Shown here in pieces: positions 36,325 through 49,060 of a DNA stretch of 64,000 nucleotides. The DNA comes from Octopus bimaculoides. Its lineage: Eukaryota. The position numbers and the translations under genes are program-made. The stretch lies in assembly GCF_001194135.2 (NCBI RefSeq), contig NC_068989.1, positions 85,721,111 through 85,785,110 on the forward strand, written 5' to 3'. Numbering within the stretch: position 1 is the stretch's first letter; each line of letters begins with the position of its first letter. The notes under the pieces are model-generated. The model worked only from the letters and a program-made list of their open reading frames with translations, was not told the origin of the DNA and searched no databases.

Positions 36325-36668
36325 TTCTTTTATCTGTTTCAGTCATTTCACTGTGGCCATGCTGGAGCACCACCTTTAGTTGAACAAATCGACCCCAGGT
36401 CTTATTCTTTGTAAGCCTAGTATTTATCCTATCAGTCTCTTTTACTGAACCGCTAAGTTATGGTTGTCAAGCGATGGTGGGGGGACAAACACAGACACAC
36501 AAACATATACATACGATGGGCTTCTTTCAGTTTCCATCTACCAAATCCACTCACAGATCTTTGGTTGGCCTGAGGCTATAATAGACAACACTTGCCCAAG
36601 GTACCACACAGTGGGACTGAACCCGGAACCATGTGGTTGATAAGCAAGCTACTTATCACACAGCCACT
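36325..36668 (-). mobile_element. SINE family A, near full length
   Basis: Reverse complement of 14247-14680 without the long (AT)n tract. Confidence 0.85.
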
Positions 36669-36976
36669 TATATTATTCTTTTTCATTTTATGTTTATTTT
36701 GAATTAGTTCTGCCTATTATGAATTGTCAGAAAATTTCATCACACCCCTGTAACTTGGCTCTTGACACAAGTTCACATGCAATGAACTTGTGCCAATGAC
36801 CAGACTACAGAACTATCAGAAGAAACTAAATTCTATTATTAAATGTGAAGTGAATTTTTTTGCTTTGGATTATCTCCCCTTAAATTGCTAAAATGTCTGT
36901 CTGCACAGATCCAAGTGCTTTGCCAAACAACAACTCCGAATATGGACAATTTAGTTTGCAAAAGAAAAAAAAGCTT

Positions 36977-37325
36977 AGGCATGGCTGGGTGTTAAGTTTG
37001 CTCTCCAATCACACGGTTCCAGGTTGTCCCCATGCACATAACCTTGAGCAAGTATCTTCTATACAGCATCAGGCTAACCAAAACCTTGAGAGGTTCTGAT
37101 AGAAAGAAACTGAAAGCTCATATATGTATATGTGTGTGTGTACATGGTTTTTGTGTTGGTTTGTTTATGTCCCTGTAACTTAGTAGTCCTGCATAAGAGA
37201 CCAATAGAATAAGTACCAAGTTTGAGAAAAATAGTACTTGTATTGATTCGTTTGACTAAAACAACTTAAAGGTGGTGACCCAGCATGGCCACAGTCCAGT
37301 GACTTTAACAAGTGAAAGATATTCA
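36977..37325 (+). mobile_element. SINE family A, diverged copy
   Basis: Colinear with family A head and tail (GGTGGTGACCCAGCATGGCCACAGTC). Confidence 0.75.
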
Positions 37326-40300
37326 GAATAAGAGAAGTTTGAAAATGAAGCTGGGCTTTATCTACAATCACTTATATTGCTGAGATTGAAGTGGTTGACT
37401 GTGTAGCTGTTATCACCAACATCAGAAATATAAAACCTCAGTCTTCATAACAAAAGTGGTTTTACAAAGAAATAAAACAGAAATCAATATGCTGCACAAT
37501 GTGACAGGGTACTTAAGTTCCACCTCTGGTTGAATCTAAAACATGAAAACAGGATCTTAGGAAATTGTTAGGTGAATATCCTTCCCAGGTCATATACACT
37601 CATAGGGCTGATTTTCTGGTTTCTGTGGCATACATACTCACCCTGTTGTAGGATCACTTATTTTTATCAGCTGAATGGACCAGAGTAATGTGAAATGAAA
37701 TGTTTTGTTCAAGAACACAGTGCATCGCATGGTCCAAGAATTGAAACCATAATCTTACAATCATGAGCTAAACACCCTATCCACTAAGCCATACACCTCT
37801 GTATATGAGAAATTGTTGCAAAGACAAGACTTTCTCAGATAAAGGAAAATGAGATAAAAAAGAAACAATGAAACAAGAAATTTCTTTTCACAAGATTTTA
37901 TTGCCAAACAACCTTCAGTGTGAGTGTATATGTATGTGTTTCAGTGTGTAAACATACATACAACATTCCTTCACACACACACATTCATCACATTTACCCA
38001 TTTACCATAGAAATATGATTTATTTTGACAAGGAGGCTCCCAAGCCAATTTTTCTAGTGGGAGGAAAAGGAAAAAAAGGGGACATAATCCATTTGATTTA
38101 ACCCCATAAAATACCACCCACGCACCAAACCAGCCCTGCCACCTACAATAATTCTGGTAAAGGTTTTTCATCAACCCACGAAGGATGATAGGAAGAGTTA
38201 ATCCTCAGCAACATTTTGAGCTTGGACTGTGGAGGGATGAAATGAAATGCTCTAAATTCATTTAGGGCAAAAGTGTTCAACTATTTAGGCCAGGAGTGCT
38301 CAACCATTTTGGCTAGAACTGCTTGACCCTTTGGGCCAAGAGAGCTCTGCCGTTTAGGCCTAGAGTGCTCTCCATCATGTATTACTCTCATTAGCTCACT
38401 ACTGCTAGCATTTCTTAACCTAAGATAGTTCGATATATTCCTATTGTTGTTGGCATTGTTGCGGTTGTTGTTGTTAGCCCGGTCAGCTCTAGTCCAGCAG
38501 ACCTTAGGCATAGAGGTAGCTAATCAAATATCAGGAGGTATAAAATGTCACAGACCTAGGCGCAGGTTGCAACAAGACACTACACATACACACAATCATT
38601 ATTAGACAGAGACATAGTTTCTGTCTAATAAAAACAGTCACTCTATTCGCTAATGAAATATTCAAATTCTACATCTGTATTAAGTATCTCATTTTTTTTT
38701 TCTTTGGTGAACGTTATCTGATTGTTTATAATTTTAGAAACACCAACTTCCTAAAATGGTGGTGGTAGTAGTGGAGGATCTCCATTGTTTGACAATGAGG
38801 ATGCAGTTGTTTGCTCTCATGAATGACCTGCTGTTGAATTAACATGAATATTCCACAGACACATGTACCCATAATATAATTCAGACAGAATCAGTGTGAC
38901 AAGACTGTACTTTTCAAACTACAGGTATAATCCAACCGATAGGCTTCTATACAGCTTCTGTCTACCCAATTTCACTCACAAAGTATGTCTGTAGGCATTG
39001 GTCAGTCTGAGGTACTAATAGTCCACAACATTTACCCAAGATGCCATGCAGTGGGATCAAAGCTGAGACAGCTTTGTGGCTGTGAACTGGATTTCTTAAA
39101 CATTCAGCCATATTGCACCTACAACTCATATAAAATAACATTGGCCACATGTAACTTTGACCTTTCCAATTCAAACCTTAGACACTCTCAGTGGAAGGAG
39201 AGGAAAATCCTAAAATGGCCACCACCACAGGCTTATGATGTAAAACCAAAGATTTAAAAAAAAACAAAAAAAAAACGTTTAAATATATTTAAAATAGTGT
39301 GTGCATGTGTGTGTGTATGTATATTATACATACACACACACCATGATGTATATTGGTAGAGGCATGGCTGTGTGGTTAATAAATTTGCTTCACAACCAAG
39401 TTTTGGATTCAATTTCGATTTTGTGGTACTTTGGCCTATTAGTGCCTCAGACTGACCAATACTTTATGAGTGAAATTAGTAGATGGAAACTGTATGGACA
39501 CCTGATATATCAGATATATAATATATATATATATATATATTCAACATTGATAATGAAGAGGAGATAACATATCCCTTTCATACTCTATTCAAAGCTATAT
39601 TATATAAATATACATATATGTGTGTGTATGTGTGTATATGTATGTATGTGACTGTCACCCTATACATGGTGTCATTGTTTAAATCTACTGCAAAAAAAAA
39701 AAAAAAAAAAAAAAAAAAGAAACCACCATTGAGCAGTTCATTGTTCAAAAGACCAGGGGAAAAAAAACATCTTACTAAGAAACAAGGGTTGGTGACAGGA
39801 AGGGAATCCAGCTGTAGGAAAACTGGCTCAATAAGTCTTGTCTGACCTATACTAACATGGGAAGTGGACATTACACCAATATTCATGAGGATAATACATA
39901 TGGCATTGTTACAGAAATTTATATATAAAAAAAGTAGAGGGTGTATTTGTATATCAGAGATTATTATTATTGTTGTTATTATTATTATTATTATTATGTC
40001 TATTACTACTAGCTTTGGATTATATCATTGGGGACTGAATCTTTATATTTGTGCTATTCATGTTTTTGCCGTGAAATAAAATCCTATAAATTTTCTGCAA
40101 GACTAACTTTACGTGCTATGTTGATTTTTCCTTTTTAAATTTTCTTCTGCCTAAATCTGAAGACAACATTACAAATCAGGTGTCACTTGTCTTATCCGAC
40201 TTCATGAATGATTGAGAATGGGAGAGGAGCAATGAAGACATGAGGCTGCCAGTCAAAGATGGGTAATGGTGATGGGAGTGTGTTATATGCAATTGGTTTG

Positions 40301-42004
40301 CTACATGTTGATTACATGAGGTAAAATTATTATGGAAGTGATAATGGAGTGAGCTCTAATATCCATTCGCAAATGACAGGGGAAGGAGGTCAGAGGTTTA
40401 TTGTTTCATTGTCGTTACCCGTCTCCAACATTAATTAAGAAAAAAAAAAGGTGTGGGTGCATGTTGTGGGAAGGGAATACTGTTGAGATACATTCCATGN
40501 NNNNNNNNNNNNNNNNNNNNNNNNNNNNNNNNNNNNNNNNNNNNNNNNNNNNNNNNNNNNNNNNNNNNNNNNNNNNNNNNNNNNNNNNNNNNNNNNNNNN
40601 NNNNNNNNNNNNNNNNNNNNNNNNNNNNNNNNNNNNNNNNNNNNNNNNNNNNNNNNNNNNNNNNNNNNNNNNNNNNNNNNNNNNNNNNNNNNNNNNNNNN
40701 NNNNNNNNNNNNNNNNNNNNNNNNNNNNNNNNNNNNNNNNNNNNNNNNNNNNNNNNNNNNNNNNNNNNNNNNNNNNNNNNNNNNNNNNNNNNNNNNNNNN
40801 NNNNNNNNNNNNNNNNNNNNNNNNNNNNNNNNNNNNNNNNNNNNNNNNNNNNNNNNNNNNNNNNNNNNNNNNNNNNNNNNNNNNNNNAAAAAAAAAAAAA
40901 AAAAAAAAAAACCTTCTTTTTCCAGATTCGATACATTTAAAATTTTGATCAGTCTTTCTATAATTATTATTATTATTATTAATACTATTACTACTACTAC
41001 TATAGTTTACTATACATACATATATGTATACATACATTATATATATATATATATACATACATATATATATGTGATTATTGGATTATTGTTGTCGTTGTTA
41101 TTATAATTATTATTATTATTATTATTTTGAACAACAAGCATACAAATGTTCAGTAAGAAAGGTTGCAAGGTGAAAAGTTTTTTTTTTTTTCTTTTTCAGA
41201 AGTTCAAAAAAGAGGGGTGGAAAAAGGATTGCCGAAGGTCATGTGACTGTAGCTAAACTCGATGAGATGTTTCCCAAGCAACTCAACTTCTCTGCCTCAA
41301 GGATGTACTTTTGTTTATCCATGCCACACCTCTACCTTACCCAAATCCGATATCATCATAATGTTCTTTGCCTATAAGCCTGAATACTGATCAGAACTAT
41401 GAAGTTTGGAACCCTCAAACATGAGTACGTGGTTCATAGTTAGTGGTTAGTGTTATGATGTTGATATTATTGTCAGTTAGGGGGGGTAGAAAGTACCCTG
41501 ACTGTTTGCGAGGTAGATGCCTTACCAACTGATCCACGACAAAGATATTCTTTGCAATGAGGTTTCACACCAGAAATGTTACTTATTTTTGAAGGATTTT
41601 CTTATAAACAGTAAATATAATGGATATTGCTTCAGATCTGGGTAGACAATGGCACAACTATGAGTAGGTAGATGATACTATTACCTCTCCAGGTAGGTAG
41701 AAAAATTTTTCCTCAATGTTTGCCATGGAAACACTTTAAAATCTTGTCATCCTTTGTTCTTCTTACATGTTAATATCTGATATCATTTAACATAGTTCTT
41801 CAAGGATGTTGGGTAAAGTAGAGAAAGAATGGTTTAATTTAAACCAGCTGTGTTGATTCATAAATGTGTCCCCAAGTCAATTATTCAGGAGCTGAGGAGA
41901 ATTAGTTGAAATTGGAACTCCTAGAATGTTATTTTTAGAATGATGCTCTCTAGAGGGCAACATCATTATCCTATTTTCTTGGTAAGGTGATAGAAGAATC
42001 GACT

Positions 42005-43906
42005 CTAGAAAAATATGTTGTAATCAATATCAAATTTTATGGGTTCGATGACGCGGTTCTCGGAATGTGTCGGAGGTAAATTATCAGCTTCAGGGACCGC
42101 TTCATTGGTGTCCAACTGAAATTGTTCAGCATTTGCTTCAATGTGAAGCTGTCTGTGTTCAACCAATTGGTTATATTGAAAGAACTCAACACCACAAATT
42201 TCACAAGGGAAAGCTTTCTCCTCGGCATGAGAACGTCGGTGAATTGATAAATAATCATTACGGGTGAAAGCTTTACCACAAATTTCACACACATATGGCT
42301 TCTCACCAGTGTGTACCCGTCGATGGCAGGACAGATAGTCTTTCCGAGAGAAGTTTTTACCACAAACTTCACACTGGTATGGTTTCTCACCAGTGTGAGT
42401 ACGTCTGTGAGAAACAAGGACGTGACTCTGAGAGAAAGATCGACCGCAGATTTCACATGGAAATGGCTTCTTTTCGGCGTGATTAATTTTATGGCGTTGT
42501 AAATAAGTTATGTCAGAGAAAGCCCTGTTACAGATCTCACAATGGAAGGGCCGGTTTCCTGTGTGTTTTTCCTTGTGAGCCTCTAATTTACTACTACAAT
42601 CAAATGACCTGGCACATATGTCACAGCTGAAGAGCTTCTCGTTACATTGGCTATCTTTGTGTTCTATAAAAGCATTCTTTTCAGAGAAATCCTTGCCACA
42701 TGCTTTGCAATGGAATGATGACTTCTCAGTAGAAATATCTTCTTTGAGAGGAACATCATCACAGTCTTTAGAAAATGATTTATCAAACACACCGAGAGTT
42801 AGGTCTTTGCCATCATCATGAATCACTTTGTGTTGAAGTAACGAGGCTTCATCAGAGAAAATCTTATTACATATATCACATTCAAACGTTCCTTCCCTGA
42901 AGTGGATATATCTATGACGCATTAAATTACGTTTTAGAGAGAATATTTTGCCGCAAATGTCACAAAATGGCTTCACTTTTGCATGAGTTAGCTTGTGACA
43001 TTGGAAAGTACTCTTAAATGAGAATTTTTTCCCACAAATATCACATTCGTAGGGTTTTTCTCCAGTATGAGTACGTACATGAAGGGATAAATCACATGGT
43101 CGTAAAAATGCTTTACCACAAACCTCACATAAGTGCGGCTTTTCTCCAGTGTGTGCTCTTCTGTGGTCAGACAAATGGCAATTCCGTGAAAATGCTTTAC
43201 CACAGAATTCGCAATGAAATGGTTTCTCTCCAGTATGAATACGCTTGTGCCGAGTCAACTTACAATTCTGAGAAAAAGATTTGCCACAAAATTCACAGTA
43301 GAATGCTTTCTCTGTCAAGGGCATCTGTTTCTTGAAGGTGGTTAATTTACTGCTCTCAAGAAGTGTCTTAGCAACAAAATCTGCATCAAATGTCTTCCCA
43401 GATATGAGAATCTCTTTGTTATTGGTCAGCAGGCTGTTCTCAGGGAATGGCTCTTGAGACAAATCCCTTTCAGATGTCTCTTTATCCAACTCAGTTTGTT
43501 TGTTGTTTGCCATTAAATTGCTGTCCCCTGGAAATGCCTTCCCAGATATTTCGCTATTAAAACTTTCCTCTTCATCAGACTGAGTGGAGTCTTTCTGACT
43601 TCCCAAGCCACTCTTCTCTGGATACGCCTTCTCTAACGTATCGCTGTCGGATGTTTTTTCATCTGACCCAGCTTGCTTGTAGTTGCTAGACTTATTCTTC
43701 TCGGGCAAAGTCATATCAGACATTTCACTATCAGATGATTTCTCACTTGACGGAGAGTCTTTGTGATTTGCAGACTGACTATTCTCAAGAAATGACTCGT
43801 CAGATATGTCACGAAACGTTTTCATACCTAATGGACTTCCTTCCTGACTGGTAGACTGACAGTTTTCAGTAAATGCCTCATTAGACATGTCACTGTTATA
43901 CTCCAT
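42005..43906 (-). CDS. ZF2: C2H2 zinc-finger protein, 633 aa; acidic repeat N-terminus, 12 canonical fingers plus one C2HC-like finger
   Basis: Single uninterrupted ORF; fingers start at aa 202 (43303); TGEKP linkers; short non-finger C-terminal tail. Confidence 0.95.
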   Translation of the reverse strand: MEYNSDMSNEAFTENCQSTSQEGSPLGMKTFRDISDESFLENSQSANHKDSPSSEKSSDSEMSDMTLPEKNKSSNYKQAGSDEKTSDSDTLEKAYPEKSGLGSQKDSTQSDEEESFNSEISGKAFPGDSNLMANNKQTELDKETSERDLSQEPFPENSLLTNNKEILISGKTFDADFVAKTLLESSKLTTFKKQMPLTEKAFYCEFCGKSFSQNCKLTRHKRIHTGEKPFHCEFCGKAFSRNCHLSDHRRAHTGEKPHLCEVCGKAFLRPCDLSLHVRTHTGEKPYECDICGKKFSFKSTFQCHKLTHAKVKPFCDICGKIFSLKRNLMRHRYIHFREGTFECDICNKIFSDEASLLQHKVIHDDGKDLTLGVFDKSFSKDCDDVPLKEDISTEKSSFHCKACGKDFSEKNAFIEHKDSQCNEKLFSCDICARSFDCSSKLEAHKEKHTGNRPFHCEICNRAFSDITYLQRHKINHAEKKPFPCEICGRSFSQSHVLVSHRRTHTGEKPYQCEVCGKNFSRKDYLSCHRRVHTGEKPYVCEICGKAFTRNDYLSIHRRSHAEEKAFPCEICGVEFFQYNQLVEHRQLHIEANAEQFQLDTNEAVPEADNLPPTHSENRVIEPIKFDIDYNIFF

Positions 43907-44123
43907 TTTTATAGGGTGGGTGATGATATTCTAGTTGAAACTGTGTTGGTCAGCTCACATAAAATAACTGTACATTGATACCAGTTAGTCCTGAGAGATG
44001 ATGTCCTGTCCACTTCAGTTTAAGGAACGTTAACAATCTACATCTTAAAGTTGCTGCTTCAGTAATTCACCATTGTTCCAGGTTACATCTTCAAATGACA
44101 ATTCAGCTTCCTCTTAGCAGTTC

Positions 44124-44145
44124 CTACAATAGAAAGCAAACAAAC
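44124..44145 (-). promoter_or_regulatory. Putative splice acceptor of the ZF2 coding exon (exon starts 44123)
   Basis: Minus strand GTTTGTTTGCTTTCTATTGTAG|GAACT, 217 nt upstream of the ATG; mirrors the ZF1 acceptor. Confidence 0.6.
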
Positions 44146-44557
44146 ATGTTTCTTATCAGAACAAGAATAAACAGGGAAAGCAAACTATCACACATTACAT
44201 ATTTAAATATTACTCTAAACAATTTTATTTTGCTACACCAGACATTGCATATAGCAGTATATATGTCTGTTTGTACACACATATTCTTTCTCTCTTTATC
44301 TCCATACACACACTCACACACAAGACTTAGAAATATGTTTGGTGTCTAATGTGCTGGGTATTGTATATTTTAAAGGCAGTAGAGCACTGGGGATTTGTGG
44401 AAAACGAGCTGGCTGCTGCACAAAACATTTAAAACAATGACATAGAGACCCCCAAGCCAAAAAGAGAACTGCTATGTGATCACATGAGTTGTTAGAAATA
44501 AAAGCACAATCTTCTTCATATCACATCCTAACTTACACCGTCTCAAAAGAAAAAAAA

Positions 44558-44588
<31 letters not shown>

Positions 44589-47500
44589 GAAAAGGTGTGG
44601 GAGGGACACACTGACTAGTATAATTCTAAATAAAATATGTCTGAATAAAAAAAAAAAAGTCAGGGTGGTTACGGATGGAAAATCTTTAACCACAGGTTTG
44701 CTAGATCACATCTGAGCCAAGATTAAACAACCATGATAGAGAAAACATCCCTTGTTGGCAAAGTAATCCCTCATTTAAAAACACTCAAAAGAATTTGATA
44801 GGGAAAAAATCAACTACTACATTTAGTCAATCAAGTGTTTACATAGACATCTTAGTAACCTGTGCAGTTCCTCTTTTAGAGATGGCAAATAATCAGTGCA
44901 GTAAGACATGGCTGCTAAATTGAAGCTCCTTTGCCTTCTTGGCTTTCTGATTATTTCCTCAACCAAATAGTAATATTGATTTTTTTTTTCTTCTCATGGC
45001 ACACAGCCAACTTTTTCCTAAGAAACAGTCAATTTACAAGCATTATTTCACTGCCCCTTTGGAGATGAATGCTAAAGTTAGGCTCTAGTGGATATGAAAC
45101 CCAAAGCAAAACAGCGCTAACCTAAATTCCACAAAGTATCTAGGTTGCTTAACAACGGACTAACCCCAAATCACTGCATCAGAATAAATTCTGGTTTCAA
45201 ATTTTGGTACAAAGCCAGCAATTTTGGGGGAGGGAGTCAGTCGATTACATCGACCCCAGTGTTCAACTGGTACTTATTTTATCGACCCTGAAAGGATGAA
45301 AGGCAAATTAGACCTCCACAATAGAATAGATATTAACAAAAATAGGTGCAGGAGTGGCTGTTTGGCAAGTAGCTTGCTTACTACCAACCACATGGTTCTG
45401 GGTTCAGTCTCACTGCATGGCACCTTCGGCAAGTGTCTTCTACTATAGCCTCGGGCCAACTAAAGCCTTGTGAGTGGATTTGTTAGACAGAAACTGAAAG
45501 AAGCCTGTCGTGTATGTAATGTTATGTAAAGTTTGTCTCAAACTGACAATGCCTCCTTGAAGCACTTTCAGAACAAGGATTTCTGCAAGTTGTCCATAAT
45601 TAAAAATCAGGCTCCTGATAATGTTGTTTTTGCCCACTAGTGACCCCCTATAAAATGCAAGAGTTGACATACCACCAGCCATGTTGTCCAACTAGTAAAG
45701 AAGTGTGCGCACATAATATTTTGTATATTGGATGCCCAGCTTTGGCCCTCACTTGACCCAGGACCAGCTCTGTCAAAAAGATGAGCATACAAATGACAAC
45801 CACATCTTCTCATTGTCCACAAAACTCTGTAGCCACTGCAACCTCAGTACATGCTTGTGCATAATCAACTATGGTATACCAAGCCCTTCGTGAAAAGGAC
45901 ATGAGTAGCAGATGGACTCCCATTTCTAGTGGAACATGTCCCTTACAAAAAGTGAAAAAGCAGATGGTCCAGCTTAATCAGATGAAAATTAGAGCAAAGC
46001 ATGATGGGTGGGTGGTAATAAATAATGGATGAGATGTATATAATTGCTAGGTTTGCTTGGCATTTCAGGGATGTCTCATTTCTGAGTGAGACTAGAGAGC
46101 CTGCTTGTAACCTTGTTCCAGTTCCTATTTGTCTAATGGTCTGGCCCAAACCAGATCTTAACAGAACCTTTAGTACAACACCTCATGACATGTACTACTT
46201 AACAAGTACTTCTGTCAGCATCACACTAATAATTTCTTCGGTTTCTGTTGTGTCAGTACTCTGTATATGATCACATGGCCTTCCCATGTATCAACAACAA
46301 CAACAGCAGTAGTTGCTGCTGTTTATTTTCATCTGAATCCAAAAACCTAAAATTTTTAGTATAAGGAATGTGATTTTGAGAGATTCATGCCGTTCTCAAA
46401 GTCTTTTTAGTAAGAAAAAATATATAGAAAGATCCTAGATGTATTATGGAAATCTTTTTCTCTTTCTGCCTTAAAGTGGGAGGGGGTACTTGCAGGTGCA
46501 AATGGGAGTTCACCAGGTAACAAATTTATTGATTCTCTTTTGCTGTCCATGTCTGACCCTGGATAGATGAAAGGTAAGGATAACCATGACAAGATTTGAA
46601 CCCAGAATGCAAACAGCCTGAAAGAAATACTGCAAAGTATTGTTTCCAAAGTTTTAATAATTTGAATAGTATTGATTTTAAATTTTTTGGCTCAAGGCCA
46701 ACAATTTCAGAGGAGGAGGTAAGTCAAATCAACCCCAGTATTTAACTGGTACTTATTTCATCAACCCTGAAAGTATGAAATTTGAACTTAGGATGTAAAG
46801 GCAGACAAAATACCTCCTTAATGATTCTAATAATATTAACAACAACAACAATAGTTTCAAATTTTGACACATAGCCAGCAGTCTTTGAGGGGAGAGGGGG
46901 AAGTCGATTACACAACCCCAGAACTTTCTTTATCAATTCCAAAAGGATGAAAGGCAAAGCCGACCTCAGCAGAATTTGAACTCAAAATGTAAACAGTCAG
47001 AAGAAACGCTAATGATATGCTAATGATTCTGCCAATTCACCACCTTATTCTGGCACCCTAATAATAAGAATAAACAATAATTAATAATTATATTAATTGG
47101 TTGCTTTAGAGTACTAAAGACTTGTTTTTGTTTAGTCTAAAACAGTGTACTTTTGTGAGGTTCACTCGCATCTTTTCTCAAAAGGGTTTTAGATGCATGT
47201 GAAACGGTTATTAACCAGGAACAGGAAAAAATATACATCACAGATTTTTTTTTTTTAATTAAATGTGACATCAGTTATTTTTCTCTCTCCTTCTCACTCA
47301 CTCACTTTCTCTATCTCCGTTAGCAAAAAAAAAAAAAAAAAAAAAAAAATGAAGGGAAAATAACGATAATTATAAAAATGCCCACCAGGGGTGAGTTAAA
47401 TTCAGAAATAGGAGGAAGTTAACAAGATAACAAAGAATTTATTCTAATTCTCTTTTACTGTCCATGTCATTAACTCCACCAACCTAACAAGAGCGTTAAT

Positions 47501-49022
47501 AACTATTTCTTCTCACTAGGCATAAAGCCAAATTTTTCTGGGAAAGAGAGTTGAAATCGACTGAAGTAAAATAATAATGGCCTACACACATGCGCACTCA
47601 CACATTTTTCCTCTCTTCTTTATCGACCATGGATGGATAAAAGGGGAAAGTCAACCCTCGAGGGTGTTTAAATGTAATAGCAAATAGCGTTGGCCTGCTT
47701 GGCTCCCTCATGTCTACTTTAACTAACTCCTCTATTACTCTAATAATCTATATTGATATAGCACACTTTCATTACACTGACTGTGTGCGTGCGTGTGTGC
47801 ATGCTTCTTTCTCTGATTAGGTAGAACTCTGTGTGTGTGTGTGTGTGTGTGTGCACATGAGAGAAAAACAGCTATGTTCAGACTCAAGTGTTCTTAAACA
47901 GAGAGGTCACAGTATGTTTGATGTGTCTAAATCAGTGCGTGTGTGCATGTGTGTGTATCTGAATGGTTGAAACAAGGAACAGATCAGATACAGAGAGAAA
48001 AAAAAGTGGGAAGGGAAAAGTAAGGAAAGCTAACATAAAAAGAATCCCAGAATTTATGGTCTTGTGCCAATATAAGAAATCACCATCATCATCATCATCA
48101 TCATTACATGAATGGATTTAATTGACTCACTCATCTCCCCAAATTCTTGGCTCTCTGCCCACATTGGAAACAATTATCATTATTATCATCATTATTATTA
48201 TTACGTTCTGACTTCAAATTCCACTGAGGTCAACTTTGCCTTTCATCCTTTTGGAATTGACGAAATAAGTACCAGTTGAGCACAGGGGTTGATGTAATTG
48301 ACTAGCCCCCCCCCCCTCTTCCAAAATTTCAGGCTTTGTACCCTTACTGTAGAAAGAAAGGATTATTAATACTACTATTACTACTAATAATAATAATAAA
48401 GTTGGGGGAGGGGAGGTACTGGTAGAATTGTCAGAACAAAGGACAAAATGCCTTAGGTAACAACATTTATGCTCTGAGTTTAAATTCTACCAAGATCAAC
48501 CTTACCTTACATCCTTCCAAGGTCGATAAAATATAATACCAGTTGTCATTTATCCCCACTCCCAGACCAACCTCGCCGAGAGACCTGTGGATAAAGATAT
48601 TCTAGCTACTATCATCACCTTTTTAGGACTACACTGTTTAATGTGTCCTTTAATTTGACACAGTAGGGATGTAATCGGAGGGTGTCAGGCTGCTACTTTT
48701 AGGAGCACAAATGAATGCATTGAAGCTCACTCAATTATCTTATTAAAGAACCAGTCATATAATCCTCAGAAGTCTTTTGTCGGCAGCAGCGATTTTATCT
48801 CGTATCCGAGAAGTCATTATTGTAAAATCGTTAGCATACTAGATGAAATGCTCAGTGGTATTTTACCCATTGCTACATTCTGGGTTCAAATTCCGCCGAG
48901 GTCAACTTTACATTTCATCCTTTCAGGGGTCGATAAATTAAGTACCAGTGAAACATTGCGGCCGATGTATTCAACCAGTCCTCTCCCCACAAATTTCAGG
49001 CCTTGTGCCTATAGTAGAAAGG

Positions 49023-49060
<38 letters not shown>

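Noticed and set aside
47161-47205. Possible hairpin TTCACTCGCATCT...AGATGCATGTGAA
   Set aside because: 13-bp stem with two mismatches in AT-rich DNA, with no supporting ncRNA features.
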